DNA of 64,000 nucleotides, from NCBI GenBank assembly GCA_043228905.1, contig JBHGNT010000001.1, positions 21,638,001 through 21,702,000 on the forward strand. The letters run 5' to 3'. A program made the translations under genes and the position numbers. Below the pieces are notes generated by a model. It was not told the DNA's origin and did not search any database. It saw only the letters and a program-made list of their open reading frames with translations. The stretch comes from Azolla caroliniana (taxonomy: Eukaryota; Plantae; Polypodiophyta). Shown one piece after another: positions 49,036 through 60,500 of the stretch (its first letter is position 1; every line of letters begins with the position of its first letter).

Positions 49036-52000
49036 CTTTTCGATGAAGCAGCCGAGATGCGTGAATCGAACTTGCATACCTTGGTCTACGATCTGTCCGA
49101 CCGACACAAGGTTCTTTGTTATCGTTGGGACGTGCAACACGTTCATTAGCTTCCCTTTCTACCCGACATGGCTGAGGGGAACCCCTCGTGATTCCGGCTT
49201 CTCCAAGTACGAGAACCATTCCTCATGGCTCGTCATATGATTTGATGCTCCGGAATCCATATACCACACCTCGCTCGATTTTGAGGTGTTCACGGCCATT
49301 GAATTGACTTTATGCTTCATTACGAAGGCAGGGCCTGCTCCATTTCCGACTCGTTCAGAGCCTTCTGCGTAGTGGGATCTTTGATGCCTCTCTGCATCTC
49401 TTTGGCTCGATCCGGCTTTGTCCGAATCGGCTCGCTTTTTCCAGCACTTGCTCTCCCTGTGGCCTTTCTTGCCGCAGTACCAACATTCCGGCGCAGTCTT
49501 CTCTTGCCATCTTTCGGTGCCGCCATGACTCCCCCCTACTTGTGGAGGGTTTGGATTGCTTCCGGCATCTCGATCATGCCGTACATTCTGCTCTTTTCGG
49601 CCGCCTCCATTGCGCGCCGATCCACCTCGTCCACCACGACCACGAGGCCTTTCATCCTCCGTGTAAAGCATCTTGCCATCGGCATGCACACTTGTTGATG
49701 CACCCACGTGGTTTTCTTCTACGAGCAACATTGACTGAAGCTCGAAAAATGAAGGCGCAATCTCCCTCGTGCAGACCGTTGTTCGGAACGGTCCGAACTT
49801 TGATGCCAAGCCACCAAGACAAACCTGCACCATTTCATCTTCCTCGACGTTCACGTTGACGGAGGCGAGAGAGTCGTAGATTTCTTTGATCTTGGTGGTG
49901 TAATCAGCCATCGACATCTCTTTGTTGTACATTTTTGAGCTGCAGCTTTCTGGCCATTGTGTTGGTGGCGAAAATCCTTTTGAGATTCACCCACGCGTCC
50001 TTCGGCGTCTTGGCATCCCGAATATAGCTCAAAAGCTGATCGCTCACATAGGACGCGAAGCAGTACAACACTCTGCTTGTCGCTTGTTCCCAAGCCGGAT
50101 AGTCCCTGTGTGTCGAGTTGGGGATCGCATCGTTTGCTTCTTCGACATAACTCCAGTAGCCATGGCCGAGCAAGTACTGGTGCATCTTGTAAGACCAAGA
50201 TGCGTAGTTGCTTCTGTCAAGCTTTTCAGTCGGAAGTGAGCTTCCCATTCCTCTGTCCATAGTACTATCTTTTTCTTCTCCGAAAGCGAACAACTTCAAC
50301 TCTGTTTCGTCACAAACTTTTCTTGTCGGTTGTAGAGGACTTCAACCCTCTCGCTCTGATACCATGTAAAAGAATATGTTGTGCGGAAGCGTGTGCGTAC
50401 AACACAGAGTGCACAGTTCGGGAGAATAAGATATTTCAGTAAAACACAGAAAACGCAGAGATGGATATGGAGGGGGAGAGACAGAGTGAGCAGATAACAG
50501 AAACTTAGATTCAAAAATAATTCTCTGTACATACACCGTGCTCAGTGAGCACCTTTTATACAATCCCTGACTATCGGCCAGACACAACTACTAACAGTAC
50601 TTGAATGCTCATAAATGAGCCTACTACACTAACTCCCAAAATTATTCTTTATGAGGAATACCATACTAACGACCTTCCGGTTTATGCACCGATACGGCCA
50701 TGTTATGCGTACTATTTTACGCACCTAGTCTACGCACCGTATTACGCACTCAACAACATCCATCCGGACGGTATTGGGCATAGCGGCAAGTATGGACCTC
50801 GAGGTAGAACAACTGGACATCAAGATGGTATTCCTACACGGACACCTCGAAGAGGACATCTACATGCAGCAACCGGAAGGATTTGAGAAGAAAGGGCAGG
50901 AGCACCTAGTGTACCGGCTGAAGAAGAGCCTATACAGACCGAAGCAAGCTCCCCGGCAATGGTACTAGAAGTTTTACTCCTTCATGACCGACCAAGGGTA
51001 CCACAAGACGTAGGCCGATCACTGTGTGTTTGTGAAGAAATTTGACGGAGGAGATTTCTTGATACTCCTCCTATATGTGGATGATATGTTGATCGTCGGA
51101 CGAGACCAAGGCAAGATCTGGATGCTGAAGAAGGCTCTGAACCGGACCTTCTCAATGAAAGACTTGGGTCCGGCAAGGCAGATATTGGGAATGCACATCA
51201 TTCGGGACCGGTCAAAGAAGCTATTGTGGTTGTCACATGAGAAGTATGTGACAAAGGTGCTTCAACGGTTCAACATGTCAGAGGCGAAACCGGTCGGATC
51301 GACACTTCTGGCAAACTGCAAGCTATCCGGAAAACAAAGCCTGAGGACAAAGGCAGAGAAGGCAGATATGATGAAGATACCATATGCCTCTGCCGTCGGG
51401 AGCTTGATGTACGCAATGGTATGTATTCGGCTGGATATCGGATATGTAGTCGGAGTGGTGAACCGGTTAATGAGTAATCCCGACAAAGAGCATTGGAACG
51501 TGGTCAAGTGGATACTCAGGTATTTGAAAGGCACTTCGAGTATGTGCCTCCAGTTTAGCTCCGGTAATCCCCAACTTGACGGATTCACAGATTCGGATAT
51601 GTTGGTTGATGCGCATACCACCCGGTCTACATCCAGATATGTAATGACTTATCCAGGGGGAGCTGTATTATGGCAGTCGAGGTTGCAGAAGATGGTTGCG
51701 TTGTCAACCACGGAGGTGGAGTACATGGAAGTTGTAGAAGCCGGCAAGGAGATAATCTCGATGAAGGACTTCATCGGAGAGCTAGGGATCCAACAAGAGA
51801 AATATCGGCTCTACCGCGACAGTCAAAGTAACATCCACCTTGCAAAGCACACGACATACCATTCCAGAACAAAGCACATCCAGCGCAGGTACCACTGGAT
51901 CCGGGAGCAAGTTGAAGATGGAGAGTTCGTGCTAACAAAGATCCACATGGAGGAGAATGGGTCGGATATGCTGACCAAGGTGCTAACACCCGACAAGTTG

Positions 52001-52526
52001 GACGCATGTTGAAAACGGATCGGACTTACAAGACATCCCATACCGGAGTGAAGGGGGAGATTGTTGGGAAATCGGTCTCGCCGGATGGGATCCGGTGATG
52101 AATAAAGAGGACCCGGTGAGAACTGGAAGAGATCCGGAAACCGGAGGAGACCCGGTGAGAACCAGAAGAGATCCAAAAACCGGATCGGTGGACCCGGTGA
52201 GAACCGGAAGAGAAGACAAATTTGTAACTATGTCTTGAATAAGCCCATTGAGGCTATATTTGTAAATAGCCCTAAGTTCATATAACTATAAATATGACTT
52301 AGGGCAATCACTTAGTGTGTAGTACGATTCATGTTGTTGTCATATTGTTGCAACTGTTGTACAAAGAAATATATATATATAGAGAGAGAGAGTGAGAGAA
52401 GCTACAAGCACTCTTTGTTGTAACCGCCACCTGGCGAAGATTGCGAGCACAAGGTCATTGCCTTTGTGTCTCCACTTGTGTATTTCCTCTCTTCATAGTG
52501 ATAGTTCAGAGTCTGTGGACTCCCGT

Positions 52527-53371
52527 TGTCGTGCCTTTCGGCGCCAAATCGTTTGTGTGAGTCAGGTGGGAACCACTGGGGTTATGGACTAGGAGGAGGA
52601 AGAATTTGAGGCTAATCTAGTTATGAATATGAATAGATTATAAGAAAGAGATATAGAAACTTGTGAATCCCACAAGTATAATTGTTTTAGTTTATCTTAA
52701 TCGTAGTAATAAATTGAAATAGTTTAGAATAGATTAGAGTAGATTGAGAAAAGAGATCAAACCTTGTGAATCCCACAAGTATTACGTTAATCAATATTTA
52801 TGTAAGAATATGAATTTAGATTGAAAGAGATAGATTATATAAAACTTCATGAATCCCACGATTATATTAATTCAGGTGTTTTAGGAAATATATCCAATTT
52901 CCCAAATATTTTTCACACCTATTACATTGTGCTCCCCATCCTTATATGGTGATGAGAGAGTCTTCACAATCCATGCTTTTTTTTCTAACTATAGACTCCA
53001 TGCTTTTCCTATAGATAGACTATATGTTTTATCTAAAGTGATCATGCTTTTTCTATCTTGTGCGTTTTTTATCAACTATAGCGTTCATGCACGCTAGATA
53101 TGCATGTGTAGCTTTTTCTTTTAGCATGCGTTTTTCTTTTAGCTAAAGTTTATCCTACATGAACTTAACTTTCTATGTGGGTCATCTACTTTTTAACACT
53201 AATGAAATGCTAGTGTAATGGTAAGACATTACATTATTAACATGGAGGTGCAAGGTTCGAATCTTGCCCTATGCATGTTATATATATTTTAATATTTTCT
53301 ACTATTTATTCATATTTATTAAATCGGTACTTTATAAGTTTTTCACGTAGTGTACGAAATACACTACGACA
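52527..53371 (-). mobile_element. Solo LTR-like element (family X-related, copy 3) in the 3' LTR of copy E
   Basis: TGTCGT...ACGACA ends with a perfect 4-bp TSD CCGT. Minus-strand subterminal ccccagtggttccc resembles X1 and X2. Three repeats of aaacttgtgaatcccac. Confidence 0.8.
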
Positions 53372-53509
53372 CCGTGGTTTTTCCCTATTAGGGTTTTCCA
53401 CGTAAACATCTTGTGTACTCTCCACTTCCCATTTCTGTGTTTTGATTTCTTTTGAGAAGTGATTTACTACTCGGTTGTGGCCGAGCGATATTCCGCGCAT
53501 TTGTCATCA

Positions 53510-54182
53510 GGTATTGACCTTAGTTGATCATTGTTCTCTATGTCGTCAAGGTCAACCTGAAATGGTTCGGGTGGAGTCAGCTCAAGTTCATACCAAGATT
53601 TTGATTCGTCAAAGACTATGTCCCCACTTTTGTGAACCTTTCAAGTTCGGGTGGAGTTGATTCAAGCTCGTAGCAAAATGTTTGCCAGACTTACTGGTAG
53701 GTCCTTAATCACGCTTCCACACCAACCTCTTCTACATTGTGGTCCACTCAATCCTATTGAGATCGGACTCTCCTCGGATATGGACCTTAGCTTATCATTG
53801 TTCTCTATGTTGTCAAGGTCAACCATAATTGGTTCAATGGAGTTGGCTGAAGTTCGTACCAAGATGTTGATTCGTCAAAAACTACATCCCGACTTATGCG
53901 AACCTTTCGAGCTTGGGTGGAGTCGACTCAAGTTCGTACCAAGATGTTTGCCAGAATTACTGACATGTCCTCAATCACGCTTCCACACCAACCTCTTCTA
54001 CATTGTGGTCCACTCAATCTGGTTGAGGTCAGACTCTCCTCGGGTATTGACCTTAGTTGATCATTGTGCTCTATGTCGTCAAGGTGGACTAGAAATGGTT
54101 CAGGTGGAGTCAGCTCAAGTTCGTACCAGGATGTTGATTCGTCAAAGACTACATCCCAACTTATGTGAACCTTCCGAGTTGA
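53510..54182. repeat. 267-bp tandem repeat array, right part (~2.5 units)
   Basis: Resumes in register after the copy E TSD. Confidence 0.9.
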
Positions 54183-54186
54183 GGGG

Positions 54187-56052
54187 TTAAAGCATTTGTA
54201 CCTCTTTATCTCTAGGGAGTACCCTACAAGGATACACTACTTTGACTTGGGATCTAACTTTTGCCGCGTTTCGTCGGTAATGTGTTGATATGCAAGTGAG
54301 CCGAATATCCTGACATGGGATAGGTATGACTTTCTTCCGTAATATTTCTTGTGAGGGGTTACATCGTGTAGTCCAAATTTTGTGCATTTGTTTATGAGGT
54401 AGACGACAGTATTTGCGGCTTCGGCGCAATATGATTTTGGCATATGCTTCTCATTTAGCATGGCCCTTGCTACTTCGAGGATGTGCCGATTTTTGCGTTC
54501 GGCCACTCCATTCTGTTATGATGTGTCGGCACATAAACTCTCTCCGAAATCCTTCTTTCTGGAGAAAAGCCGAAAATCCATCGAAGAAGTACACTTTGCC
54601 TCCATCTAATGGAAGGCATCTAACATGCGAACATGTTTCCTTTTCAACTCCACTTGTGAATTTTTGGAAGTGTGTGAACACTTCACTTCACTCTTTTGCC
54701 TCATGGCAAAGATCCATGTGTGCCTGGAGAAGTCATCGATAAAGGTAACATAGTATCGACATCCTCTGAATGTTGTTGCCTGAGCAAGTCCCCACACATA
54801 TGAGTGGATTATGTCCAGTAGGCTGATGTTGCTACTCACATTCCTTTTGATTGCATTCTCTTGAGCTTTTGGAGGTTGATATGGCTGATTCTTTTATGCC
54901 ATAGCTCTATATTGGTGTTAGCTTTATGGCCCTTTACGAACCGTTTGACTTGAGGATAAACATTTGGCTTTCCCTTCGACCACGAGCTATGAGTCGGCCT
55001 TCCTTCTCAATGAAACAAACACCTTGGTTGAATCAAACTTGCATGCCTTGCTACAATTTTGCCAATGGAGACCAAATCCTTCATTATGGTTGGTACTTGC
55101 AAGACATTTTTTATGAAAGTTTGTTTGCCTGCTTTCCCGAATGGGACATTGCCGACATGTTGAATCGGATGTGTAGTGTCATCTCCGGTCTCGACATAAC
55201 TGGGTTGATCCGGCTCTGGTAGGTCTCAGAACCATACGGATTTTGGAAGCTGACATAGAGTTCGCTATATGTCTCATTACGAATAATCCACCATAATTGG
55301 TGAGTTTCCGACTTGTAGAAGCGGACTCATTCTTCTTCTTTCGACACTCCTCTTCATGGTGACCGATTTTGCCTAAATATCCACATTTGATAGTGTTTTG
55401 TTCGCTTGGACTAGCATGAAAGCTCCCCCTTTTTTCGAGTGTTCCTCTTGAGTTTCCACTGTCTTGCTGGTAATGGGAGTTGTTTTCATAGGTCGAAGCT
55501 CGTTCGCCTCATCCTTGGCCGAATCGGCCTCTTCTTGCTTGGCCACGTCCTTGCTTCGTTTGAGTGTGTGTAGAGCATGTGGCAATCCAAGGCATTGCTC
55601 CTTGTTCGATCGTGGCTTTCCTCAACCAACAACATTGATTAAAGATCAAAGGAAGAGGGAGGAATCTCTCTTGCTAGGACAACGGTTCTCATCCAACCGA
55701 ACCGTGGTGCGAGGCTGCCTAGGCATACTTGCATCATCTCATCATCCTCCACATTGACGCCTATTGAGCCAAGTGAATCACAAAGCTCCTTGATCATCAA
55801 GGTGTGGTTTGTGATAGACATGTCCCTTTGTTCGATGTTGTTCAAATCTTGGTGGATTTGACGCTTTATTGCAGTTGTGTTGGCCATGAAAATCTTCCTT
55901 AGATTCTCCCACACTTCCTTCGGCATCTTGGCTTCTCTAATGTAGCCGAGCATGTGGTCATGGACACATGTCGCCAAGCAATACATTACTCGACGAACCT
56001 CTTGTGTTTGCATAAAAGGCCGACTCCTCTTTTGTATCCATAGTGGGAACAC
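54187..56052 (-). mobile_element. Highly degenerate family C-like copia gag-PR-IN fragment
   Basis: VMYCLATCVHDHMLGYIREAK, DIIHSYVWG, YYVTFIDDFSR, AERKNRHILEVARAML. Confidence 0.8.
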
Positions 56053-57538
56053 GTTCTTAAGCTAGGGCTTGAGCATATATAAGCTCACCCTACCATTGTG
56101 TTGAGAAATCGTTTGGTCGAATCATAATAAACGAACTGTGCTGAAATACGAATCACAGATATGCCAGAAAAGAAAACAGGACAACAATTGGTGCACAGAG
56201 ATTTAACGTGGAAACCCTAAAACGGGAGAAAACCACGGAGAATAGAGCTTCACTATGTATAGTGGATATACAACAAAGGGTATGTTACAGCACTCTTACG
56301 AGTGTATCAGCCACGCGGGCCACTTGACATCTGCTGTTACACACACAACTATGGAGCCACACTCACTCTCCTTCTCTCTCTCTCTCTGCTCGCACCTCAC
56401 GCTCTTCTTCTAGCGCTACCTCACTCTATCTCTTCTATTCTCTCACTCTCGTTTTGCCCTAAGTGTATTTATACTTATACACTATATGGGCTATTTATAA
56501 ATGTAGCCTTTACTACGTATCATTATTATTATTATTGCTATAATAATAATAGTCGAACTATCAAACAGTCGACTCACTATTTTCAATTCTTCGACTGTCG
56601 GTTTTCCAAACAGTCAGAACTTCCCTATCTTCGACTGTCAGAGAGTCGAAGAAGGAGAGTTTTCCCTGGTGAGATCCATACTCACGACAATGGATCCGAC
56701 ATGGTAACGAAGAACCTACCTATGGATAGACTCAGAGTCTGTCGACGGAAGACGAGACTGACTAACTTCCTACCACAAGAGTGAAGGGGGAGTCTATTGG
56801 GTATATGTCCCTCCAGTGGGAGGAGGAACCGACTGTCCAGAAGTTGCTGACAGTCAATGACTACGAGGAGCCGACTGATCGGGTGATACCTTCTTTGTAT
56901 ATGCTTGGTCCGGGAGTGGTATGCAACATTCTTGGCAAGATGTATGGCACTCTGACTGTGACAATGAAGCAAGAGGTTCTTTTGCTTCATCCCTAATTCA
57001 GTGAGAAAACTTCTCATCCAGATCATCTCTTTGTCGGCCTCTACGACTGCCAAATACTCCGCCTCTATAGTCGACAAAGCTACAAACTTCTGCAGTCATG
57101 ACTGCCACGACACTGCTCCCATTGCATACGTCATCACGTACCCTGAAGTGGATCGGCTCGAGTCGACATCTCCCGACATGTCCGAGTCGGTAAAACCTTC
57201 CAGCACAGGTTTTCCGACACCATACCTTAGGCACACCTCTAAGGTGCCTTTTAAGTACTTGAGTATCCACTTCACCACTGCCCAATGTTCTCTTCCTAGA
57301 TTACTCATATATCGGCTTACTGCTCCTACAACAAATGCTATGTCAGGTCTCGTATATACCATAGCATACATTAGACTGCCGACGACCGAGGCATACGGTA
57401 CCTTCCTCACCTTGGCCTTCTCCTTCTCCCCTCCCGGGCACTTCTTCGCATTTAACCTGCAATTTGTCGGCAACACTGAGCCGACCGGCTTTGCGTCTGA
57501 CATGTTAAATCTCTCTAGGATCTTTGTCACATACTTCG

Positions 57539-60500
57539 TGTTGGGATTACGGTCCCTCCGGATGGGATGGTCGGATGTCCGGGAATCGGATGATGAAGAC
57601 CCCGGCTACGGAGCCGGATGCTGAAGACCCCGGTTACGGAGCCGGATGACGAATGTACCCGGAGAGAGATCCGGATGCGGGGACATATTTGTGAAAATGT
57701 TTTGCCAAGAGCCCTTGAGGCTATATTTTGTAAATAGCCCGAAAGTCATATGTGTATAAATATGACTTAGGGCAAACAGTTTAAATGTTGTTGCTCATTT
57801 TTCTGGTTTCACTTAGAGAGAGTTAAGTGAGCAGCAGAGAGAGAGAGAGAGAGACGAAGAGGTCGACGCCTCTGTGTATTACCGCCGCCTGTGGCGAAGA
57901 CAGTGAGCTCAAGGTTGTTGTCTTGTAGCTTCACCATTGTACATCTCTGTGTATAGTGATAGTTGGCGTTTGAGGACTCCCGTGGTTTTTCCCATTTAGG
58001 GTTTTCCACGTAAAACACCCTGTGTACTCTTCTCTCTATTGTCTTCGTGCATTCTGTATTTCCCGTTTTCTGTGAGTTGATCCTATTCCTCGGTTTGTGA
58101 CCGAGCGCTGTTTTGCAACAAATTGGTATCAGAGCACGGTAACACAGAAAATGGAAGGCGGCGGTAGTGGGCCTCCGGGCATGATGGTGTTGAACTCACA
58201 GAACTACGCCGACTGGAAGATAAAAATGGAAGACCTTCTCATCGTCCGAGACCTGTATGAACCGATCGACAATGCCGAGATACCCAAGGGGGTAATAGAG
58301 TCGGAGTGGAAGCTCCTGAACCGGAAAGCCGTAGCGAAGATCCGGCAATATGTCGATGTAAGCGTTCTACAACATGTGGCGAATGACACCAACGCATATG
58401 AGATGTGGAAGAAGCTGTCGGGCCTCTACGAGAGGAAGAATGCGTTGAACCGGACCTCCCTGATGAGGAAGATAGTGAACCTCAAGTACCGGGACGGCGA
58501 GAATATGGTGGAACACGTGAGCACGTTCATGGGATTCGTGAACCAGCTTGCGGCGATCAAGTTCCCGTTGGAGGATGCAATGCAAGCCATCATTCTGATG
58601 TGTACATTGCCGGAAAGCTGGGAGAACTTGGTGGTGACTCTCAGCACCTCCTGCACCGAAGATAACTTGTCTCTACAAATGGTAAAGACAAGCATTTTGA
58701 ACGAAGAAGCGCGTCGGAGAGATAAAGAACCGGTTTCCGATCCGAAGATGCTGCTTACCGAATCGGATCGGGGAAGACAATGGAACCGGAGTCCGCAAAG
58801 ACGGGAGAAGTCGGGGACCCGGTCGCAGTCAAGAGGAAGGCCCACATGCTTCCACTGTGGGAAGCCGGGGCACTTCCGGAAGAATTGTCGGCATTACCGA
58901 AAGGACAACGGAGCCGACGACACCGATTCGAAGAAGTCACCGGAGAGAAACGGTGCATACCGGGGAGCCACGGACCGGAGAGGTCCGGATCGGCGAGGGC
59001 AGGACCGGAAAGGAACGACGGCACTCGCGGCAAGTGAAGAAGAGATAATGCTCATTACCGAAGAGAGGGAGCTGAACCATGCCGGTGTAGAGATGACCTG
59101 GGTGGTCGATTCCGGAGCGTTGTTCCACCTGACCCCGGAGAAGAAATACTTCTCATCCTACACAGCCGGTGAGCACGGCTGTGTCCGGATGGGAAATGAA
59201 GGCACATGCCGGATTGCCGGCATAGGAGACGTGTGGCTGATGACATCAACCGGATGCAAGATGCTGCTGAAGGATGTTCGACACGTTCCGGAGGTCCGAT
59301 TGAACCTGATCTCGGCCGGGAGGCTAGATGATGAAGGCTACACGGGTAGCATCCGGAATGGTGTCATGAAGTTCAGCAAAGGGAGCCTGATAGTGGCTCG
59401 GGCCCGGAAGGTCAATACACTGTACCTGATGAATTCCCGGCTATGTCCGGAGGAGCTGAACGTGGCAGCCGACACTGCCGGTGAGCTGTGGCACAAGAGA
59501 CTGTGCCACATGAGTGAGAAGGGGATGAAGAGGCTTGCCGATGACAACCTGATACCGGTAAAGCACGTACACCTGGGGAAGTGTACCGACTGTCTGGCCG
59601 GTAAGCAAAACCGGACCTCCTTCCACTCAAGGCCACCGACGAGACGTAGCGCACCATTGGAGTTGGTACACACTGATGTGTGTCAAGTAGAAGCGAAGTC
59701 ACATGGCGGAGCTCAGTACTTCGTAACATTCATAGATGACCATAGCCGGAAGCTGTGGACGGCACCGTTGAAGACAAAGGACCAAGTATTGTCCGTCTTC
59801 AAAGAACTCCACGCGAGAGTGGAAAGAGAATCCGGCAAGAAGCTGAAAGCGATACGAGCGGATAACGGAGGGGAATACCGGGGGCAGTTCGCAGAGTACT
59901 GTCGCTCGAAGGGAATCCGGCTCGAGTTTACTGTGCCGAAGACGCCGGAACTGAACGGGTTGGCCGAGAGGATGAACCGGACCATAATGGAGAGGGTCCG
60001 GAGTATGCTAGCACATGCAAAATTACCCAAGGGATTTTGGGCTGAGGCAATGTCGACGGCGACGTATGTGATAAATAGATCACCCTCAGTACCTTTGGAC
60101 GGAGACACGCCGCAGAAAGTGTGGACCGGTAAGGAAGTCTCCTACCGGCATCTGAAGGTGTTCGGGTGTCTCGCATACGTGCATGTGGCAAAGGACCGGA
60201 GAGGAAAGTTAGATCCAAAGACCCGGCCATGCATATTCCTCGGTTACGACGACGACGAGTTCGGCTACCGAGTATGGGACCCGGTCGACAAGAAGATATT
60301 CAGGAGTCGAGATATCATCTTCATGGAGGACAAGACACTCGCCGACTGGGAGTCGGAGAAGAAGATGAAGAGCTCCAAGTCGACCGGTGAGGATCAACTC
60401 TACGAAGAGCAGTCCCGACCGGCAAGGGACCGGTTAGCACTCGAGGATCCGGCCGAAGACGGTGAAGAAACAGAACCGGCCGAGGAAGATGAAACTGATA

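Larger units (their letters stand above)
34319..50755 (-). mobile_element. Ale-like copia C1 inserted in the RT of copy E
   Basis: TSD ACATC at 34314-34318 and 50756-50760, splitting KMT|SIRT. LTRs 50365-50755 and 34319-34740. PBS 50353-50364 abuts the LTR. Gag 49036-50260, IN 44026-44840, RT/RH 34962-36100 and 42297-43670. Confidence 0.9.
31630..53509 (+). mobile_element. Tork-like copia copy E, host of a ~17-kb nest
   Basis: TSD GGTAT at 31625-31629 and 53510-53514. 5' LTR 31630-31914 (internally deleted), PBS 31918-31929, decayed gag-pol 31944-34318 and 50761-52050, PPT, 3' LTR 52062-53509. Confidence 0.93.

Noticed and set aside
53205-53275. Functional tRNA gene
   Set aside because: No acceptor or anticodon stem pairing could be found. 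Kept only as a tRNA-like motif.
58097-58150. GTG-start N-terminal extension of the copy G ORF
   Set aside because: It lies in U5/PBS. The ATG at 58151 matches the start of copy F.
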